The notes below the pieces were generated by a model, which was given only the letters and a program-made list of their open reading frames with translations, made no database searches and had not been told where the DNA came from. A program made the position numbers and the translations under genes. Positions 58,916-64,000 of a stretch of DNA of 64,000 bases are shown one piece after another. Position 1 is the first letter of the stretch; the number at the start of each line of letters is the position of its first letter. The stretch lies in the NCBI GenBank assembly GCA_041498975.1, contig JBGQJI010000001.1:14197-78196 (forward strand). The letters run 5' to 3'. The DNA is from Candidatus Methylomirabilis sp. GTDB lineage: Bacteria > Methylomirabilota > Methylomirabilia > Methylomirabilales > Methylomirabilaceae.

Positions 58916-59752
58916 TTGAATCGCTGTTTCAGTGTGCAGAGGAAAGCGGTGGGAGAAAGTCCTCCAGCATCACGTCAGATTAGGCGAATCGTCCTCAACC
59001 AATCGAAGCGGGCCCACGTGGGGCACATCGGCTCTGCATTGTCGATCGCCGACATCATCGCTGCCCTCTATATGAATGTCTTGCGCATCCCCGACCCTGA
59101 TGATCCGGATCGGGACCGCTTTGTGCTGTCCAAGGGGCATGCCGCGCTGGCGGTCTATGCCGCGCTGTACTTGAAGGGATGGCTCACGGAAGAGACGCTG
59201 AATACCTACTGTGCGGACGCCAGTTTGTTGGGGGCCCACCCGGAACATGCGCTAAGAGGCGTGGATTTCTCCACCGGATCACTCGGACATGGATTATCCA
59301 TGGGGGCGGGGGCCGCGTTGGCGGCACGCCTGCAGCGCTCCTCGCGGCGCGCGTTTGTCCTGGTCAGCGATGCGGAGTGCAATGAAGGATCCCTCTGGGA
59401 GGCGGTCATGTTTGCCGCACATCACCGCTTGTCAAATCTCATCGCCATCATCGACCTGAACGGGCAACAGGCGCTCGGCTATACCGACCACGTGTTGAGC
59501 CTCACCCCGATGGGCAAGCGTTGGCGAGCGTTTGACTGGGACGTGCATGAGGTGGACGGGCATGATGTGGAGGTCATGACGGAGACGATTGGCGGGCTTG
59601 ACACAACCTCCGGCCCGCCGCACGTGTTGATCGCGCACACGGTCTTCGGGAAGGGCGTGTCCTACATGGAGGGCCAGATCAAGTGGCACTACTGGCCCAT
59701 GTCGGATGAGGAATACCGGCAGGCGCTGAAGGACATCGGAGCGACGCCGTGA
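58916..59752 (+). CDS. Transketolase N-terminal (TPP-binding) subunit
   Basis: GHIGSALS, DRFVLSKGH, TGSLGHG, SDAECNEG..WEA, DGHD, WH. Exact start uncertain. Confidence 0.93.
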   Translation: MNRCFSVQRKAVGESPPASRQIRRIVLNQSKRAHVGHIGSALSIADIIAALYMNVLRIPDPDDPDRDRFVLSKGHAALAVYAALYLKGWLTEETLNTYCADASLLGAHPEHALRGVDFSTGSLGHGLSMGAGAALAARLQRSSRRAFVLVSDAECNEGSLWEAVMFAAHHRLSNLIAIIDLNGQQALGYTDHVLSLTPMGKRWRAFDWDVHEVDGHDVEVMTETIGGLDTTSGPPHVLIAHTVFGKGVSYMEGQIKWHYWPMSDEEYRQALKDIGATP

Positions 59753-60684
59753 GAGGCGCCTTCACAAAAGCACTCGTGGGGCTGGCTGAACAGGACCCGC
59801 GCATCCTGTTGCTGACGGGGGATCTGGGCTACATGGCCCTGGAGCCATTCTCAGATCGTTTTCCCGGCCGGTTCTTCAACGTGGGTGTCGCGGAGCAGAA
59901 TATGATGGGGCTGGCCACAGGGCTGGCCGAGGCGGGGTTCATCCCGTTTGTGTATTCCATCGCCACCTTTGCGTCACTGCGGGCCTATGAATTCACTCGC
60001 AACGGGCCCGTCCTGCACCGGCTGCCGGTGCGGATCGTGGGGGTGGGCGGAGGCTTCGAATATGGTCACAACGGTCCGACCCACTACGGGTTGGAGGATG
60101 TGGGGGTGATGCGCGTTCAGCCCGGGATCACCGTGATCGCTCCGGCCGATCATGAACAAACGCGCGCGGCATTCCTGGCGACGTGGGACCTGCCCGGCCC
60201 CGTCTATTATCGACTCGGTAAGGATGACAAGACGACTGTCCCCGGTCTCAGGGGGCGCTTCGAACTCACACGCGTCCAGATCCTCCGCGAAGGCGTCGAC
60301 CTGTTGATGGTCGCGATGGGGAGCGCGGCGACTGAGGTCGCGTCCGCTGCCGTCACCCTGGCCGATCAAGGCATCTCCTGCGCGGTGGCGGTGGTCGCCT
60401 GCTTGAACCCCGCCCCCGTCGATGATCTGGGTGCGATCTTAGCGCGCTTCCCACTCGTCCTCGCGGTCGAAGCGCATTACGTGGTCGGGGGCGTGGGATC
60501 GCTGATTTCGGAAGTGGTCGCCGAGCGGGGCCTGGGATGTAGGGTGGTGCGCTGTGGGGTCAGGAGCACGCCGGACGGCATCTCAGGCAGTCAAGCCTAC
60601 CTGCATCGCAGGCACGGGCTGTCCAGCAACACGCTGGTCGCGACAGCGCTGCAGGAATTGCAGGTGCAGAGGACTGCCAGATGA
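59749..60684 (+). CDS. Transketolase C-terminal/pyrimidine-binding subunit
   Basis: MR.AF, DLG, NVGVAEQNM, GPTH...ED, P.Y.RL, VE.H...GG.GS. Confidence 0.93.
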   Translation: MRGAFTKALVGLAEQDPRILLLTGDLGYMALEPFSDRFPGRFFNVGVAEQNMMGLATGLAEAGFIPFVYSIATFASLRAYEFTRNGPVLHRLPVRIVGVGGGFEYGHNGPTHYGLEDVGVMRVQPGITVIAPADHEQTRAAFLATWDLPGPVYYRLGKDDKTTVPGLRGRFELTRVQILREGVDLLMVAMGSAATEVASAAVTLADQGISCAVAVVACLNPAPVDDLGAILARFPLVLAVEAHYVVGGVGSLISEVVAERGLGCRVVRCGVRSTPDGISGSQAYLHRRHGLSSNTLVATALQELQVQRTAR

Positions 60685-61379
60685 CCGACCCCCTGATTTC
60701 GATCGTGCTTCCCATCTATGACCAGGCCGATCATGTCGGGAGCGTCGTCCAGGAATACGAGGAGGCGCTCGCACGAGTCACCACTCCTCACGAACTGATC
60801 CTGGTCGTCAACGGCTGTCGTGACAGTTCGCTGGACGTCTGCCGGACTCTTGCGAAACAGTATCCGTCCGTTCGAGTGATACACAGCGAACTGGCTGGCT
60901 GGGGACTGGCGGTCAAGCTGGGACTGGAAGCCGCGAAAGGAGAACTGTTATGTTATACCAACTCGGCTCGCACGAGCTCGCAGGACCTCACACTGCTCCT
61001 GCTCTATGCTCTTGCCTTCCCAAACGCCGTGATCAAGGCCAACCGTAAAATCCGGGAGAGCTGGGATCGGCGGCTGGGTTCGTTGCTGTACAACCTCGAA
61101 TGTCGCGCGTTGTTCGACCTCTCCTACTGGGACATCAATGGCACGCCGAAGGTCTTCCCTCGCAGCTTCGATAGGCTCCTCTCGCTCACCCGCGATGACG
61201 ATCTGATAGACGCGGAGTTCAATATCATCTGCCGCCGCGAAGGCTATCGGGTGTTAGAGGTCCCGATCTTCTCTTACCGGCGTCACGGCGGCAGGTCCGT
61301 GACGAACTACTGTTCGGCCATCAGGATGTATTGGGGTGCGATCCAACTGTGGCGAAATATGCGGAAGGACGGCGCTTGA
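60681..61379 (+). CDS. GT2 glycosyltransferase
   Basis: ISIVLP.Y, V.NG..D, G.G.AV..G, DING.PK; DxD position reads NSA. Confidence 0.85.
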   Translation: MTDPLISIVLPIYDQADHVGSVVQEYEEALARVTTPHELILVVNGCRDSSLDVCRTLAKQYPSVRVIHSELAGWGLAVKLGLEAAKGELLCYTNSARTSSQDLTLLLLYALAFPNAVIKANRKIRESWDRRLGSLLYNLECRALFDLSYWDINGTPKVFPRSFDRLLSLTRDDDLIDAEFNIICRREGYRVLEVPIFSYRRHGGRSVTNYCSAIRMYWGAIQLWRNMRKDGA

Positions 61380-62575
61380 AGTCGCTTCCCCCGCGAAATT
61401 TGAATGCACTGTGGTCACGGCATCACACCGAGTGGCGCGACCCGGCGCAGATCGTCAGTCAGTGGGAGGAGGCGGCCGAAACGGACCCGCAACTGTTGCG
61501 TTACATGGTGCGGGGGGCCTGGTGGGAAACGTTGGCAGAGACGAGCGTGACGCTCCTGGTGACGCGGGAGTATGAACACCTCGTGATCGCGATGCGCGTG
61601 ACTGACGCGGGACCCGTAATCTCCTACATGCCGATGCCCCACCCGTCCGGGATCGCAATCGATCGCGCCCGCGGTCTGGTGCATATTGCCAGCACCCGCA
61701 ATCCCAATCAGGTCTACGATCTGAAGCCTGCCAGGGGGTTGATAGCCCGGCTCGACGTGAAGAGTGAGCTCCTGGAAGACCAGCCGCTCATCTCGATACG
61801 CTCACGCTTCTACCCGGGCTGCCTCTACTTACACGATCTCGCTCTGATCGGAGGCGCTCTGCACGCCACGGCAGTCGGACAAAATGCGATCGTGCGCCTG
61901 TACGACGATGGACGCTATGGGCGCGTGTGGTGGCCCCGCTGTATCGAGAAGGACAGGGGAGCGGTCTTCGGGCAGAATCATATTCAACTCAACTCCATAG
62001 CTGCCGGAACAGGCCTGAAGGCATCATATTTCTCCGCCTCGGCAGACAGGCTCTCCTCCCGGCGCCCGGGGCACAAGAACTTCCCGGTGGACAAACGCGG
62101 CGTGATCTTCTCGGGCGCAACCCGGGAACCGGTCGCGCGGGGTTTAACGCGACCGCATTCCGCGCGTCTGTTCAATGGCCAAGTCTGGGTGGAGAACAGC
62201 GGCTATGGGGAGCTGGGAATCGCCGAAGATGGCGGCTTTGAGCCGGTCGTGCGCCTGCGGGGGTGGACGAGGGGGCTGGGTTTTCATGGGCATGTCGCGT
62301 TTGTCGGAACCTCGCGAGTGATCCCGCGCTTCCGTCAGTACGCTCCCGGACTTGACGTGGACGCCAGCATCTGCGGCGTCCACGCGGTGGATACAAGATC
62401 GGGACAGGTGCTCGGAAGCCTGATCTGGCCTTACGGCAATCAGATCTTCGCGGTGGACTGGGTCTCCAGCACATTCGCATCCGGCCTTCCCTTTCATGCG
62501 GGGGGGAAGCGCACAACCGCTCGTGAAAGGAAATTATTTTACGCTTTCCGCGTAGCGCAAAAGGAGGGTGGATGA
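61376..62575 (+). CDS. TIGR03032/DUF4915 family beta-propeller protein
   Basis: HDL, WWP, N..QLN, GL..PHSAR, W..NSG.GE, GWTRGL, FVG.S; TTGA overlap. Confidence 0.78.
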   Translation: MKSLPPRNLNALWSRHHTEWRDPAQIVSQWEEAAETDPQLLRYMVRGAWWETLAETSVTLLVTREYEHLVIAMRVTDAGPVISYMPMPHPSGIAIDRARGLVHIASTRNPNQVYDLKPARGLIARLDVKSELLEDQPLISIRSRFYPGCLYLHDLALIGGALHATAVGQNAIVRLYDDGRYGRVWWPRCIEKDRGAVFGQNHIQLNSIAAGTGLKASYFSASADRLSSRRPGHKNFPVDKRGVIFSGATREPVARGLTRPHSARLFNGQVWVENSGYGELGIAEDGGFEPVVRLRGWTRGLGFHGHVAFVGTSRVIPRFRQYAPGLDVDASICGVHAVDTRSGQVLGSLIWPYGNQIFAVDWVSSTFASGLPFHAGGKRTTARERKLFYAFRVAQKEGG

Positions 62576-63495
62576 GCAGCGACTTCCGGTTACTGATGCT
62601 TGGGGCAATGTATGAAAATGGAGGCAACACCACCCACCGTTTCCTGGATGGACACCCCCAGATGTTCGTCTATCCGTTCGAGTCGCAGCTCGGCACGCGC
62701 TTGGCGATGGATCACCTGTCATCGATCTTCCCCGTCAAGTATCGCTGGCCCGTCTTTGCCCTACATGCCACGCCAGAGCAGGATTACAAGGCGATCATCG
62801 ACGAGGAATGCAAGGTTCGGGCACGCACGCCTCACGTCAGCAAGTTCCGTCATGTGCCTTTCGACTTCTCGGATGACGAGCGGTCCCGGATCTATCAACA
62901 GTATGTGGCAGAGACAGGGCGGTCACGGGCCAAGAATGTGGCGGCCTTCTTCCGCGCTACCTTCGACGCCTGGAAGGATTTCAGGCGGACGGGTGAGCAG
63001 GTCGTGTACGTAGGGTACAGCCCGATCATTGTGATCGACGCGGACAAAATCCTGGGCGATCTTCCCGGGGTGCATCTGCTCCATGTGGTGCGCAATCCCT
63101 GGTCGGCCTACGCTGACACGAAGAAACGCCCGGTGCCGCTGTCTCTCCAGGACTACATGCTGGGGTGGACGGTGAACCAATATCATGCCCTGCTGTACAA
63201 AGAGCTGTTCCCGGATCGCGTTCACATTGTGCGAGCCGAAGACGTCATGGGCGACCCATTCAAGACGCTCGGCGCTGTCTGTAATAGGCTTGGGTTAGAG
63301 CCGGTAGATTCCCTCAGGACAGCCACCTGGAACGGTGCGCCATTGGAGGAGATCTACCCCTGGGGAACGATTCGCAAAGCGACGCCCCAAGCGAACCGGT
63401 CCACCGCCGAGGACCTCACCATGCAGGAGCGCGAGGAGGTTCGTTCCCGCGCCTGGCAGTACTTGGATGTCTTCGATTACAAGAGATTCCTCTAG
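62572..63495 (+). CDS. Sulfotransferase-fold protein with degenerate PAPS motifs
   Basis: G....GGNTTHRFLDGHP, HVVRNP, VR.EDV..DP...L..VC..LG. Confidence 0.75.
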   Translation: MSSDFRLLMLGAMYENGGNTTHRFLDGHPQMFVYPFESQLGTRLAMDHLSSIFPVKYRWPVFALHATPEQDYKAIIDEECKVRARTPHVSKFRHVPFDFSDDERSRIYQQYVAETGRSRAKNVAAFFRATFDAWKDFRRTGEQVVYVGYSPIIVIDADKILGDLPGVHLLHVVRNPWSAYADTKKRPVPLSLQDYMLGWTVNQYHALLYKELFPDRVHIVRAEDVMGDPFKTLGAVCNRLGLEPVDSLRTATWNGAPLEEIYPWGTIRKATPQANRSTAEDLTMQEREEVRSRAWQYLDVFDYKRFL

Positions 63496-64000
63496 CAGGA
63501 AGCGCGTACTCGTCACTGGAGCAACCGGCTTCGTCGGCGCCAATCTTGCCCGGCGACTACTCCATGATGGACACGAGGTCCATCTCTTCGTTCGCCAGGA
63601 TTACAACCCCTGGCGCATCGAAGCCATCCGGTCTCACGTACCCGTACACGAGGTGGAGCTTGGCGACGAAGAAGCCCTCGCCCGGCTGGTGGGCGGCATC
63701 CAACCCGACTGGGTCTTTCATCTTGCCGCATATGGCGCGTACTCACAACAAACTGACCTGTATCGGATGGTGCACACGAATGTCCTTGGAACCATGAACC
63801 TTGTGTCGGCGTGCCTCAAGACGGGCTTCGAGGCGTTTGTCAACACGGGATCGTCATCGGAGTACGGGTTCAAGGATCACGCACCATCAGAAACAGAGTG
63901 GCTGGAACCGAACAGCCACTACGCCGTGACGAAGGCGTCCGCGACGCTGTTCAGCCGCTATACTGCGCGAAGTCGGAGGGTTCACTTGCCCACCTTGCGC
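63467..64000 (+). CDS. NAD-dependent nucleotide-sugar epimerase/dehydratase (truncated by window end)
   Basis: RVLVTGATGFVG, VFHLAA, N..GT, GSSSEYG, YAVTK; not in the ORF track because no stop is reached. Confidence 0.9.
   Translation, partial: MSSITRDSSSRKRVLVTGATGFVGANLARRLLHDGHEVHLFVRQDYNPWRIEAIRSHVPVHEVELGDEEALARLVGGIQPDWVFHLAAYGAYSQQTDLYRMVHTNVLGTMNLVSACLKTGFEAFVNTGSSSEYGFKDHAPSETEWLEPNSHYAVTKASATLFSRYTARSRRVHLPTLR

Overview
GC-rich bacterial chromosomal window. Gene content (HpnN/HpnM-type hopanoid transport, AmmeMemoRadiSam B, TldD/E) and intergenic repeat types suggest a Methylomirabilota/NC10-like or similar environmental lineage; this is inference only. About 1-40 kb is mixed housekeeping and accessory genes: hybrid PAS histidine kinase, aconitase, DksA-like, RecD2, IscX, IscA, PuuD-like membrane protein plus cytochrome c, MEMO-family protein, GGDEF, Nth, an AttEFGH-like ABC/lipocalin operon, TldD/TldE, SBP56/MtoX-like protein, HpnN/HpnM and an acyl-CoA ligase, interspersed with MITE/REP elements. 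About 40.5-64 kb is a co-oriented cell-surface locus: an IPTL-CTERM Ser/Thr-rich protein, about six GT-C-like polytopic membrane proteins, GT2s, redox enzymes, a split transketolase, a TIGR03032-type protein and a degenerate sulfotransferase. The main signals missing from the ORF track involve UGA recoding: a glutaredoxin-like gene with two in-frame UGAs (13634-13858, UXX-star type) and a 30-aa single-TM peptide ending S-S-UGA-K-stop (4018-4110), each UGA followed by a SECIS-like hairpin. A candidate multibranched ncRNA lies at about 35981-36152. All family calls are from motif recognition by eye; no searches were run.
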